Sequence record: SRR31156797_7717
Direction: 5' to 3' (one strand)
Length of the DNA: 47,085 bases
The first letter of the stretch is position 1. Each line of letters starts with the position of its first letter. Under the pieces are notes generated by a model. The model saw nothing but the letters and a program-made list of their open reading frames with translations. It did not search any database and had not been told where the DNA came from. A program made the translations under genes and the position numbers. Shown piece after piece: positions 36,098 to 45,075 of the stretch.

Positions 36098-37607
36098 ATG
36101 GTACGCCGAAATCCTGCGCGAAGCTGAACATCAGAAACAACCGCTGCTGGTCATGGCTGAACTGGGCCGGAACGACCTTTTTTTTCTGCTGACCAGATTG
36201 TTGGGCCGTGCCGACGCTAATAACGAATGGGTCTTTGAACGTTGCCGGGAAGTGCAAACAAACCCGGACGGACACCTCGATCTTTGGTCCCGTGAGCACT
36301 ACAAGTCGACCATCATTACCTTTGCCCTGACCGTGCAGGATATTTTGCGCGACCCGGAAGTTACTGTGGGAATTTTCAGCCACACTCGGCCTGTTGCTAA
36401 AGGGTTCCTGCGCCAGATCAAGCAGGAATTCGAGCGCAATGAGCTGCTTAAGCAATGCTATCCGGATGTGCTCTGGGCTAATCCCAAAAAGGATTCCCCC
36501 AAGTGGTCGGAAGAGGATGGGATTATTGTCAAACGCAAATCCAATCCCAAGGAAGCAACAGTGGAAGCATGGGGATTGGTGGATGGTCAGCCCACAGGTA
36601 AACATTTTTCCCGGCTTATCTATGATGATGTGGTGACTCGCGAGTCGGTTTCTTCGCCGGATATGATTTTCAAGACCACCGAGGCCTGGGCATTGTCTAT
36701 CAACTTAGGCACCCGCGAAGGCATCAAGCGTTATATCGGTACCCGCTATCATTTTAACGATACCTATCGGGAAATGATGAAGCGTGAGGCTGCGCTCCCC
36801 CGGATTTATCCGGCAACTGCGGATGGAACTATGGAAGGCCAGCCCGTACTGTTGACCAAGGAACAATTGCAGATCAAACGGCGGGAGATGGGACCTTATG
36901 TGTTCGGTTGCCAGATGATGCAGGATCCGCGTGCAGATGATGTGCAAGGCTTCCGTGAAGAATGGCTCAGTCGTTGGGACCCGCGTGACAGCAGTGGCAA
37001 AACGCGTTGGGAGCAGTTCAATCGCTATTTGCTGGTTGACCCGGCAAGCGAGAAAAAAACCGGCAGTGACTACACGGTCATGCTGGTTGTCGGGCTGGGT
37101 TCGGATCGCAATTACTATCTTATCGACGGTATCCGCGATCGACTTAATCTTACCGAGCGGGCACGGGCCTTGTTCCGGTTGCATCGGGCTTATTCACCGC
37201 TTGCTGTGGGATACGAGAAATACGGGCAGCAGGCCGATGTGGAGCACATGCAATATGTCATGAATGAGCAAAATTACCGCTTTTCTATTGATCCGCTGGG
37301 CGGGAATGTGCCCAAAACTGACCGTATTCGTAAGTTGGTCCCCCTATTTGAGCAATCCCGATTCTACCTGCCATGGCAGGCCAGGTTCATGGATCATCAA
37401 GGCCGTGAGCGCGACCTTGTGCGTGAATTTATCAATGATGAATATCTCGCTTTTCCCGTTTCTGCCCATGATGACATGCTAGATTGCATGGCCCGTATTT
37501 TGGACCCCGCACTGGGGACTGTCTTCCCTAAGCAGCAGCACGTGCTGGAGCAACAGGAAGAAATGCAGGGCCTTATGGATTATGACATTTTTACAGGAGC
37601 GGGCTGA
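36066..37607 (+). CDS. Phage terminase large subunit
   Basis: Walker-A-like REHYKST, GKHFSRLIYDD (Walker B), IGTRYH, nuclease LVDPA, GYE, AHDDMLD. Confidence 0.92.
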   Translation: MKFMDLDSANRWYAEILREAEHQKQPLLVMAELGRNDLFFLLTRLLGRADANNEWVFERCREVQTNPDGHLDLWSREHYKSTIITFALTVQDILRDPEVTVGIFSHTRPVAKGFLRQIKQEFERNELLKQCYPDVLWANPKKDSPKWSEEDGIIVKRKSNPKEATVEAWGLVDGQPTGKHFSRLIYDDVVTRESVSSPDMIFKTTEAWALSINLGTREGIKRYIGTRYHFNDTYREMMKREAALPRIYPATADGTMEGQPVLLTKEQLQIKRREMGPYVFGCQMMQDPRADDVQGFREEWLSRWDPRDSSGKTRWEQFNRYLLVDPASEKKTGSDYTVMLVVGLGSDRNYYLIDGIRDRLNLTERARALFRLHRAYSPLAVGYEKYGQQADVEHMQYVMNEQNYRFSIDPLGGNVPKTDRIRKLVPLFEQSRFYLPWQARFMDHQGRERDLVREFINDEYLAFPVSAHDDMLDCMARILDPALGTVFPKQQHVLEQQEEMQGLMDYDIFTGAG

Positions 37608-38194
37608 TGTACGGATTTGAAGTGAGTGGAGGTTTTACCTTCTATAAATTCAGGGATTTTGACGGCATAGAATCTCTGAGCGACGGACATATGCGTTGGG
37701 TTTGGGAGACTATGCGCAAGGCCGGACAGCTTCAGGTGATTTTTTATGACGGAACCGTGGAAGGTTTCAACGATTTTCAAAAGCTTGTGCGTCGTGAAGA
37801 TCAGCATTTCTTTTTCGGATTCAAGGATCAGCAGCCCGCTGGATTGTTCTGGTTGAACGCTTTTACCCCGAAATCATGCTTTGTGCATGTTGCTATCATG
37901 CCTAGATTTCACGGCAAGGGCACCTTGCAGATGGGGCGCGGAGTGTTGGGACATTTGTTGTCAGTCACTGACGTAGCAGGTGGGTATATATTTGATTGTA
38001 TAAAGGGAATGATACCGATGATTAATCCGCTGGCCTGCCGTATGGCGGAGCGGTCCGGTTTTAAAAAAGTGGGAATTCTTTCACAGGCTGCCTATCTGGC
38101 GGCTGAAGAGAAAAGTGTGGATGCCGCAATTTTTTGTGCGGTTAGGAATAAGGACAAGAAGTCCGCGATGATAATTTCTAAACAAGGAGAATGA
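37607..38194 (+). CDS. GNAT-fold phage protein
   Basis: AGLFWL...FVHVAIMPRFHGKG...N..A.RMAERSGF..VG GNAT pattern; TGATG coupling. Confidence 0.65.
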   Translation: MYGFEVSGGFTFYKFRDFDGIESLSDGHMRWVWETMRKAGQLQVIFYDGTVEGFNDFQKLVRREDQHFFFGFKDQQPAGLFWLNAFTPKSCFVHVAIMPRFHGKGTLQMGRGVLGHLLSVTDVAGGYIFDCIKGMIPMINPLACRMAERSGFKKVGILSQAAYLAAEEKSVDAAIFCAVRNKDKKSAMIISKQGE

Positions 38195-38457
38195 TTATGG
38201 GAGGCGGAGGAGGAAAAGGACCTACTTCACCAGTTTCACCGCCACCGGCACCCCCGGTGGCCCCGGCACCTGAACCACCCAAGATGGAAGCTGTCACCAA
38301 AAGTGAGCAGGAACTGAAAGCTAAGAAAATGCGCGAGATGGAGCGTATGAAAAAAGGACGTAGCTCTACCTTATTGACCAGTGGGCAGGGTGATACCGGG
38401 CAGTTGGCAACAGTGACGCAAAATTTACAGGCTCAGAAGACCAAGCTCGGTCAGTAG
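38191..38457 (+). CDS. Small Pro-rich virion-type protein
   Basis: AGGAG RBS; MGGGGG-Pro-rich N-terminus; GRSSTLLT..G...KTKLGQ as in podoviral pre-portal proteins. Confidence 0.65.
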   Translation: MIMGGGGGKGPTSPVSPPPAPPVAPAPEPPKMEAVTKSEQELKAKKMREMERMKKGRSSTLLTSGQGDTGQLATVTQNLQAQKTKLGQ

Positions 38458-38467
38458 GGGGGAGCTC

Positions 38468-38947
38468 ATGCCTAACTATTACAGGCCCGATCTGCCTGCA
38501 GCAAAGGATGGTCAATCCAACGTCTGGTTTAACAACGGGTCACCCGGTTTTAATGGTTACTACAAGTGGCACCGCTACACATACGGCACCAATCCTTCTT
38601 CAAATAACGAAGGTCTTAATGCTCCGGCTGATTGGCGTGTGCCAGCTGATTGGAGTTTCTCGGAGAAGACCGGGCATTGGTACACCCCCGGAGAAATGCA
38701 GAATGCCGGGTACAGCAAAATAGACGATGAATGGCTACATCCAAACGATATCCGTCAGCGAGAAGTAGATCGTCAGAATGCTGAATTTAAAGCCAAGGTT
38801 GCTCTTCGCAAGGAAACCGACGGGCGTATGCGCAAGGTGCATGCCCTCGGGCGTAAAAAGACCATCCTGACCGGACCGGACGGGGTAGCAGGTAAGGCTA
38901 AAGTCAGTAAGGAAATTTTAACCCGTTCCAAAGGAGTAATGAAATGA
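38468..38947 (+). CDS. Hypothetical phage protein, Trp/Asn-rich N-terminus and GRKKTILT C-terminal motif
   Basis: GGAG RBS; shares its C-terminal motif with the preceding gene. Confidence 0.65.
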   Translation: MPNYYRPDLPAAKDGQSNVWFNNGSPGFNGYYKWHRYTYGTNPSSNNEGLNAPADWRVPADWSFSEKTGHWYTPGEMQNAGYSKIDDEWLHPNDIRQREVDRQNAEFKAKVALRKETDGRMRKVHALGRKKTILTGPDGVAGKAKVSKEILTRSKGVMK

Positions 38948-39060
38948 GTGAGCACCGTTGTCCAGTCTGCCGCAGGCTTTTGATGAAAGGTAAAGTAATT
39001 GAAGTGCAAGTTAAGTGTCCTAAATGCAAAAAACTTGTGAGGATTGTTGGAGATAATTAA
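38944..39060 (+). CDS. 38-aa Mu Com-like zinc-finger protein (absent from ORF track)
   Basis: Manual translation MSEHRCPVCRRLLMKGKVIEVQVKCPKCKKLVRIVGDN; AGGAG RBS, ATGA overlap; exactly fills the gap before the portal. Confidence 0.8.
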   Translation: MSEHRCPVCRRLLMKGKVIEVQVKCPKCKKLVRIVGDN

Positions 39061-39063
39061 AAC

Positions 39064-40731
39064 ATGAGACAGATTGAAAATAATAAATATCTTAGCCGAT
39101 TGCAGAGTCTGCGTCAGGAGCGCAACAGCTGGGAATCGCATTGGCAGGAGATCAGCGATTATATCCTGCCCCGTAAGGGAGTTTATGACGGACATCGTCC
39201 TAATGACGGGCGTATAAAGTCTGGCAAGATTATTGATTCCACGGCAACAAGGGCATTACGCATTCTTGCGGCGGGCTTACAGGGCGGATTGACTTCCCCG
39301 GCAAGACCGTGGTTCAGGTTGGGTATTTCAGACCGCGAGCTTGCACGGCATAAATCCGTGCGCGAGTGGATTTCCAAGGTGGAAAATACCATGTATCGCG
39401 CGCTGGCCCGCAGTAATTTTTATTCCTGTATCCATTCTCTTTATACGGAACTGGCCGGGTTCGGTACAGGGATTCTTTATTGCGAACCGGATGATGAACG
39501 TGGAATTCGTTTCCGCACCCTTACTGCCGGGGAATATAGTCTTGCCACGGACGCACAAGGGCGGGTGGATACGGTCTATCGTGAATTCAAGATGACCGCC
39601 CGTCAGTTGGAAAAACGATTTGGCAAGCAGAACCTTCCGTCTACAGTGCATACCAGCCTTAACGTTAACCGTGATCATTGGTTTGATGTGCTGCATGTAG
39701 TCCAGCCGCGTGATGAGTTTAATGTGGAGTGTATGGATGCCATGAACATGCCTTTTGAGTCGGTTTTTCTGCTCAATGGCAGGGGGGGGCATGTGCTTTC
39801 CGAAAGCGGATTTATGGAAAATCCGTACATGGCTCCACGCTGGGATACTTCCGCAATGGATGTTTACGGGCGTTCTCCGGCTATGGATGTGTTGGCTGAC
39901 GTGAAGATGCTTATGGAGATGAGTAAAAGCCAGATTCAGGCCGTGCATTTGACCTTGCGTCCGCCCATGAAGGTGCCTTCCATGTATTCAAGGCGATTGA
40001 ATCTGCTGCCCGGTGGACAGAACCCGGTGGAGCAGAACCAGCAGGATTCGGTATCCCCGCTCTATCAGGTCCGTCCCGATCTGGCCGGGGTTAGTAACAA
40101 GATTCAGGATGTGCGAACTGCGGTCAGGGAAGGTTTTTATAACGATATTTTCATGATGATGGCCGGGACCAATCGTAGGACCATCACTGCAGCTGAAGTT
40201 GCCGAACGGCACGAGGAAAAACTTATTCAGCTTGGTCCGGTTATCGAGCGCCAGCACACGGAACTTCTTGATCCGCTAATTGACAGGGTCTTCGGGATAT
40301 TGATGCGTTTCGGACAACTGCCGGAAGCTCCGTCGATTCTTGAGGGGGCGGATATCAAGATTGATTATATTTCCGTGCTGGCACAGGCCCAGAAAATGGT
40401 AGGTACCCAGTCTATTCAGTCGTTGGCTCAGTTTGTAGGTAGTCTGGCACAGATTAATCCCGAAGTGTTGGATAAGGTGGACATGGACCGGGCTGTGGAT
40501 GATTATGCGGAGCTGATCGGGGTTCCAAACGGCATCGTCCGTTCCGGGGATGAAGTGGAGAAGTTCAGGAATATGCGTAAGGATATGTTAATGAAGCAGC
40601 AGCAATTGCAGCAGAATTTACAGGCTGCATCCATGGGGGCGGGCATAGTTAAAGACCTTTCACATTCCGGATTGAATTCGGTCCAGATGCAGGGCGTGGT
40701 CAGTCAGGCGGGGCAGATGATGCAACAATAG
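39064..40731 (+). CDS. Podovirus-type portal (head-to-tail connector) protein
   Basis: WQEISDYILP, IDSTA..A...LAAGL..GLTSPARPWF, PRW....VYGRSP, TA.EVAER.EEKL..LGPV.ER. Confidence 0.93.
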   Translation: MRQIENNKYLSRLQSLRQERNSWESHWQEISDYILPRKGVYDGHRPNDGRIKSGKIIDSTATRALRILAAGLQGGLTSPARPWFRLGISDRELARHKSVREWISKVENTMYRALARSNFYSCIHSLYTELAGFGTGILYCEPDDERGIRFRTLTAGEYSLATDAQGRVDTVYREFKMTARQLEKRFGKQNLPSTVHTSLNVNRDHWFDVLHVVQPRDEFNVECMDAMNMPFESVFLLNGRGGHVLSESGFMENPYMAPRWDTSAMDVYGRSPAMDVLADVKMLMEMSKSQIQAVHLTLRPPMKVPSMYSRRLNLLPGGQNPVEQNQQDSVSPLYQVRPDLAGVSNKIQDVRTAVREGFYNDIFMMMAGTNRRTITAAEVAERHEEKLIQLGPVIERQHTELLDPLIDRVFGILMRFGQLPEAPSILEGADIKIDYISVLAQAQKMVGTQSIQSLAQFVGSLAQINPEVLDKVDMDRAVDDYAELIGVPNGIVRSGDEVEKFRNMRKDMLMKQQQLQQNLQAASMGAGIVKDLSHSGLNSVQMQGVVSQAGQMMQQ

Positions 40732-40736
40732 TTTTT

Positions 40737-40767
40737 AAAAGCGGAGTCATTATGACTCCGCTTTTTT
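40737..40767 (+). terminator. Intrinsic terminator ending the phage-like operon
   Basis: AAAAGCGGAGTCAT-T-ATGACTCCGC-T6. Confidence 0.9.
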
Positions 40768-40910
40768 ATTGCATCATGATTTAGACGTTATAATGAACAT
40801 GTTTTATTGTTCTTCAGATGTTGATGTGCTTGACTTTTTTTGATTATTTGTGCTTTCTATGCTTGAGCGAGGGTGTCTGTTCTTATTTTTTGAGATAAAG
40901 GATTTTTTAC

Positions 40911-41597
40911 ATGCTGGTTTTGACTGATTTAACGCGATTTAATGATAGCGATAATGTTTGTATGGCCTTGCTGGATGAGGATGACTGCACTTGTTATCGT
41001 CCCTTGCCTTATGAAAATCTGGATTTTGTCGAGTTCAGGAACATCCGCCCGGGAATAATTGTCTCTGCTGATGTTGTTCCTCATGAAAGCGCCAATTGTC
41101 CTCATGTGGAGGATTGTACTTTTGAAAATGATGTATGGCTTGATTGCGTTGATGAGGACACATTCAAGGAATTGCTGGAACGCAGTGCTGTAGATTCAAT
41201 GGAAGAAGCCTTTGAAGGAATTGTTACACCCAAGAATAGGTGTGTGCCTGCTGAATCTCCCTGTGCTCATTCTATCAGAACTATTAGGATTGATCCCAAA
41301 TCCGTAAGCGTCTCAGTGGTTAATTCCGGTGAAAATGTAAAGCTGCGGCTCGGTTTTATAGACAAGGCTGGTGAAAAGTTCCGCCATACCCCCATTGCGG
41401 ATTTGTGTTTTCATCGTATGGCAATGGAATATGTGCAACAGGGCAGGCTGGATGAATTGGAAGCCCTGCTCGCCGGAGGGGAGGAAGTGTACATCCGTGC
41501 GGGACTCAGCAGGTTGTACAAAAGCAAAAATGGCAAACAGGGCTTCTGGATGCAGGCTAATGGGGTGTATATTTTCCCCGGTTACTATCAGGGCTAG
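40911..41597 (+). CDS. Dual OB-fold-like protein
   Basis: LTDLTRF..VCMA..RP..PHVED..LRL.F..PIAD..YIRAGLSR..W.Q.NGV pattern recalled for dual-OB proteins. Confidence 0.6.
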   Translation: MLVLTDLTRFNDSDNVCMALLDEDDCTCYRPLPYENLDFVEFRNIRPGIIVSADVVPHESANCPHVEDCTFENDVWLDCVDEDTFKELLERSAVDSMEEAFEGIVTPKNRCVPAESPCAHSIRTIRIDPKSVSVSVVNSGENVKLRLGFIDKAGEKFRHTPIADLCFHRMAMEYVQQGRLDELEALLAGGEEVYIRAGLSRLYKSKNGKQGFWMQANGVYIFPGYYQG

Positions 41598-42088
41598 CTA
41601 TCAGCCTTTTTTCTCGCCGTAGCCTTTTGCCTTGCCCGGAGGTAAGATGCAGCAAGACAAAGGTTGAAAATCAGGCTGATTCCCAGCAGGGCCCTGATTT
41701 TAATGGATCCCTGCAATGGGGCTTCTTTTTCATGGGCTGCAAGTTCCTTTTTATCCGATCCGGCAACTTCCACATCAAAAATAAGTTTGTGGCCTAGTCC
41801 ACCGTCAACTTCCACTTTCCATATTCCGGGACGGTCAGGCAGGAAAGAGAACACGCCATTCCTGTCGGTCCGTCCGTTCTGGAATTCTATTTCAGCATTG
41901 TCTGGTGCGTAGATGAGCACTTGTCCGTAGGCAATGGGGTCCCCGGATGAAAAACCGGATTTGAATGTCACAGCCGGTGAGGTTTCGACCATTTCATAAG
42001 CTACCCCATGGGCCCACGCGATGTTGCTGAGGTATAAAATTCCGGCCGCAACGAGTGTTACGACCGGAAGAATCTTTAATAATCTCAT
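41594..42088 (-). CDS. Membrane-anchored Ni/Co transport accessory-like protein (CbiL/NikL-like)
   Basis: Signal peptide AWA-HGV; FQNGRTDRNGVFSF.PD.PG.W; GH motif; C-terminal TM. Confidence 0.7.
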   Translation of the reverse strand: MRLLKILPVVTLVAAGILYLSNIAWAHGVAYEMVETSPAVTFKSGFSSGDPIAYGQVLIYAPDNAEIEFQNGRTDRNGVFSFLPDRPGIWKVEVDGGLGHKLIFDVEVAGSDKKELAAHEKEAPLQGSIKIRALLGISLIFNLCLAASYLRARQKATARKKADS

Positions 42089-42868
42089 TTACTTCACTTC
42101 AAATACCAGCACTGCACGCATGACATGGCTGTCGTAGTCGGCGGTGGGGTTGTCGTTTTTATACTGCGCACGGACCATCCATGTTCCGGGAGCACTGATT
42201 TTTACTTTTGCAAGGCCGTTTCCGTAAGGCTCGGTAAAGTAGGCATATGTGTTGGGAGTCATGCTGAATCCGTCATAGGTGGCGGTCATGCTTTCGATAG
42301 AAACAGGCTTACCGTCCAGCAGGGTCTGAAATTCGATTTCTTCACCTACTTTAGCCTGAGTGGGGTCGCTCATGGGTATGATTTCAAGCTTATGGCCAAC
42401 TGTTTTTTTGTAGCTATCGTCAGCTTTGCCAACAGTGATCAGAGTTTTGCAGAATTTTTCGTATTTCCCGCTTCTGATAACTCCCTTCAAACCTTTCTTG
42501 GACTGCTGTTTCCAGCCCTGAGTGGTCTGGGTCCAGATCATACCGTTACGGTGTCCGGCAATGATGGCGGTACCTTCAGCTTTAGGGGTGATCTGACCGT
42601 CCAAAGTCATAAGCATTTTATTCTCAGCAAGTTTCAAGGGAGTCGTTTTGCCGTCCAAAATAAGTTTGGCTTCAACTTCATTGATAGGTTCCATCTCTTC
42701 ACTGATCATGAATACATGAGCAGATACTACGCTGAAGGGCACAACATGGTCTTTTTCAGCGGTCAACTGCACAGGTTTAATGATGAATTCATGGGCGAAT
42801 GCGGTTGAGCAGCACAGAACCGCGAGCAGACAGGACAGCACTAGTGTGGTTGGTTTTATGAATTTCAT
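42089..42868 (-). CDS. DUF4198 periplasmic protein (putative Ni/Co binding)
   Basis: Signal peptide AFA-HEF; KFCKT, LEIIP..DP, G.W.VRA motifs. Confidence 0.8.
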   Translation of the reverse strand: MKFIKPTTLVLSCLLAVLCCSTAFAHEFIIKPVQLTAEKDHVVPFSVVSAHVFMISEEMEPINEVEAKLILDGKTTPLKLAENKMLMTLDGQITPKAEGTAIIAGHRNGMIWTQTTQGWKQQSKKGLKGVIRSGKYEKFCKTLITVGKADDSYKKTVGHKLEIIPMSDPTQAKVGEEIEFQTLLDGKPVSIESMTATYDGFSMTPNTYAYFTEPYGNGLAKVKISAPGTWMVRAQYKNDNPTADYDSHVMRAVLVFEVK

Positions 42869-42977
42869 TACAAACTCCAGTTAAAAATTATAAATTGATT
42901 GTGTTTATGTGCTACGTATTTTAAAAAAATATGTCAATATTGAAATTAAATTTGGGTTGATGTTGGGTGATGGGCGT

Positions 42978-43004
42978 AAAAAAGCCCTCACTGGGTGAGG
43001 GCTT
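42978..43004 (-). terminator. Intrinsic terminator of the ABC efflux operon
   Basis: Minus strand AAGCCCTCAC-CCA-GTGAGGGC-T6. Confidence 0.85.
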
Positions 43005-43024
43005 GATACGAAAACAATGACTTA

Positions 43025-44164
43025 CTAATCCAAAGTCTGCCGATATCTCTTCAATCCGACAATAATCACAATCAGCCAGAAAACTGCGATAGGCCAGAGG
43101 TGGTGCAGGGATTCTTCCCAGCCTGTTCCTTTGAGCAGGACCCCGCGTACTAGGCGCAGGTAGTGGGTCAGCGGTAGGATTGATCCTAGGTTTTGTGCCC
43201 AGTCGGGCATGCCCCGGAAGGGGAACATGAAGCCGGATAGCAGTAGTGAGGGCAGGAAGAAGAATATGGACATCTGCACGGCCTGCAACTGATTGCGGGC
43301 TACAGTTGAGATGGTTACCCCTACGGTCAGGTTGGCGGCAATGAAGATGGCTGAATAGGTGAACACAATCAGCGGGTTGCCGTTGATGGGCACGTGAAAA
43401 AGAAATATTGATGCCGCCATGATCAGCATCATCTGTATGTAGCCGACCATAACGTAGGGGATAATCTTACCCATCATTACTTCCAGCGGGCGGACCGGGG
43501 TGGTTAGTAGATTTTCCATGGTTCCGCGTTCTGTCTCGCGGGTGATTGCCAGTGATGTGATCATGACCAGTGTCAGGGTCAGGATTACCCCCATCAGGCC
43601 GGGGACGATGTTGTATTGGCTGATGGCTTCGGGGTTGTAATCGGCATGGATGCGCAGGTCTACGGCGCTTTCCTCGGGTAGTAAATAACTGAGTGATCCC
43701 TTGAGGTCTCGCGCCAAGGCTCGATTTATGATTTCACGCATGGAATTTACTGCATTGCCCGTAGCCATTGGATCGGTGGCATCAGCTTCTAGAAGTAGTA
43801 CCGGGCGTTCTCCACGTTCAATATCGAGCCCGAATTGTTGGGGGATGGTTAGCACGAACTGCACTTCGCCCAGTTCCAGCAGCCGTTTGGCCTCGGCCCG
43901 TGAATTGATGAAGCGGTCTACATCGAAATAGGTGCTGGCCTGCATTCCTGCCACGATTGAGCGTGAATAACGGGAATTATCCCCGGAAAGAACGGCAAGG
44001 GGTAGGTGGCGCGGATCGGAGTTGATGGCAAAGCCGAAAAGTATGATCTGGATCAGCGGAATGCCGATCATCATGGCAAAGGTCAATCGGTCCCGGCGCA
44101 TCTGGATGAATTCTTTCCCGGCCATAGCCATGAATCGTCTGAATGAGAATAAGCGTAAACTCAT
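43025..44164 (-). CDS. ABC-2 transporter permease (YbhR/S-like)
   Basis: KEFIQMRRD, RETERGTMENLL.TP, LLSGFMFP..GMP, PLTHY. Confidence 0.92.
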   Translation of the reverse strand: MSLRLFSFRRFMAMAGKEFIQMRRDRLTFAMMIGIPLIQIILFGFAINSDPRHLPLAVLSGDNSRYSRSIVAGMQASTYFDVDRFINSRAEAKRLLELGEVQFVLTIPQQFGLDIERGERPVLLLEADATDPMATGNAVNSMREIINRALARDLKGSLSYLLPEESAVDLRIHADYNPEAISQYNIVPGLMGVILTLTLVMITSLAITRETERGTMENLLTTPVRPLEVMMGKIIPYVMVGYIQMMLIMAASIFLFHVPINGNPLIVFTYSAIFIAANLTVGVTISTVARNQLQAVQMSIFFFLPSLLLSGFMFPFRGMPDWAQNLGSILPLTHYLRLVRGVLLKGTGWEESLHHLWPIAVFWLIVIIVGLKRYRQTLD

Positions 44165-45075
44165 GGATTCATCCCCCGCATGAGGTCGATGAAGACTTCC
44201 TCTAGACTCGTTTCACAGGGTTCAAATTTGTTCTCGGCACCTGCGTGAGTGTGGATTCCCTTTTCAATCAAAGCGTTATCACGTCCGCTGATATGCAGGG
44301 TGTTACCGAAAGCAACTACCTGATCAATGCCTTCACTTGTGCGTAGTTTCGGGGTTAGTTCATTCAGGTTTGGACCATTGAGGGTCCATGTGTGTAGCCC
44401 GGAATTGCTGACCAGTTCATCAAGAGTTCCTTTTGCCAGCAAATCCCCGTATGCAATGTATGCCAGACGATGGCAGCGTTCGGCCTCATCCATATAATGA
44501 GTGGAGATAAGCGCGGTGATACCTTGGGCTGCTAGATTGTGCACTTCGTCCCAGAAGTCACGGCGTGCAGAAGGGTCCACCCCGGCGGTAGGTTCATCGA
44601 GGAGTAACAGTTGCGGATTGTGCAAGGTGCATCCGGTCAGGGCCAGACGCTGCTTCCAGCCCCCGGAGAGCGATCCGGCAAGCTGGTTGGTGAATCTGCC
44701 CATATTCATGCGTTCTATGGCTTCATCGACAAGCTTTCGGCGGTCGGGCAATTGGTAGGCACGGGCAAGGAAATCAAGATTTTCTTTGACGGTCAGGTCG
44801 CCGTAAAGGCTGAACTTCTGGGCCATGTAACCTACCTTGGGTTTGATGAATTCAGCTTCATTAATAATGTCATAGCCAAGGCAGGTGCCGGAACCGGAGT
44901 CCGGGCGCAGCAACCCGCAGAGCATGCGTATAAAGGTGGTCTTTCCGGAACCGTTGGGGCCGAGGAATCCGAATATTTCACCCTTGCGGACCTGCATATC
45001 CAGACCCTTAACTACTGTTTTCGGGCCGAAGGATTTGGTCACACCGGATACATCTATGACAGTCTGTTCAGACAT
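44161..45075 (-). CDS. ABC transporter ATP-binding protein
   Basis: GGAG RBS before ATG 45075; GPNGSGKT, LSGGW, LLDEPT, STH. Confidence 0.95.
   Translation of the reverse strand: MSEQTVIDVSGVTKSFGPKTVVKGLDMQVRKGEIFGFLGPNGSGKTTFIRMLCGLLRPDSGSGTCLGYDIINEAEFIKPKVGYMAQKFSLYGDLTVKENLDFLARAYQLPDRRKLVDEAIERMNMGRFTNQLAGSLSGGWKQRLALTGCTLHNPQLLLLDEPTAGVDPSARRDFWDEVHNLAAQGITALISTHYMDEAERCHRLAYIAYGDLLAKGTLDELVSNSGLHTWTLNGPNLNELTPKLRTSEGIDQVVAFGNTLHISGRDNALIEKGIHTHAGAENKFEPCETSLEEVFIDLMRGMNP

Larger units (their letters stand above)
34658..40731 (+). mobile_element. Podovirus-derived lysis/DNA-packaging operon (prophage remnant or domesticated GTA-like module)
   Basis: Eleven co-oriented, mostly coupled ORFs including holin, TerL and portal; bounded by terminators; no integrase, capsid or tail gene. 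Confidence 0.85.

Noticed and set aside
34658-40731. Intact inducible prophage
   Set aside because: No integrase, repressor, replication, capsid or tail genes and no att repeats seen.
42901-42940. NikR operator upstream of the DUF4198 gene
   Set aside because: Only a half-site-like GTGCTA is visible, with no matching inverted half.
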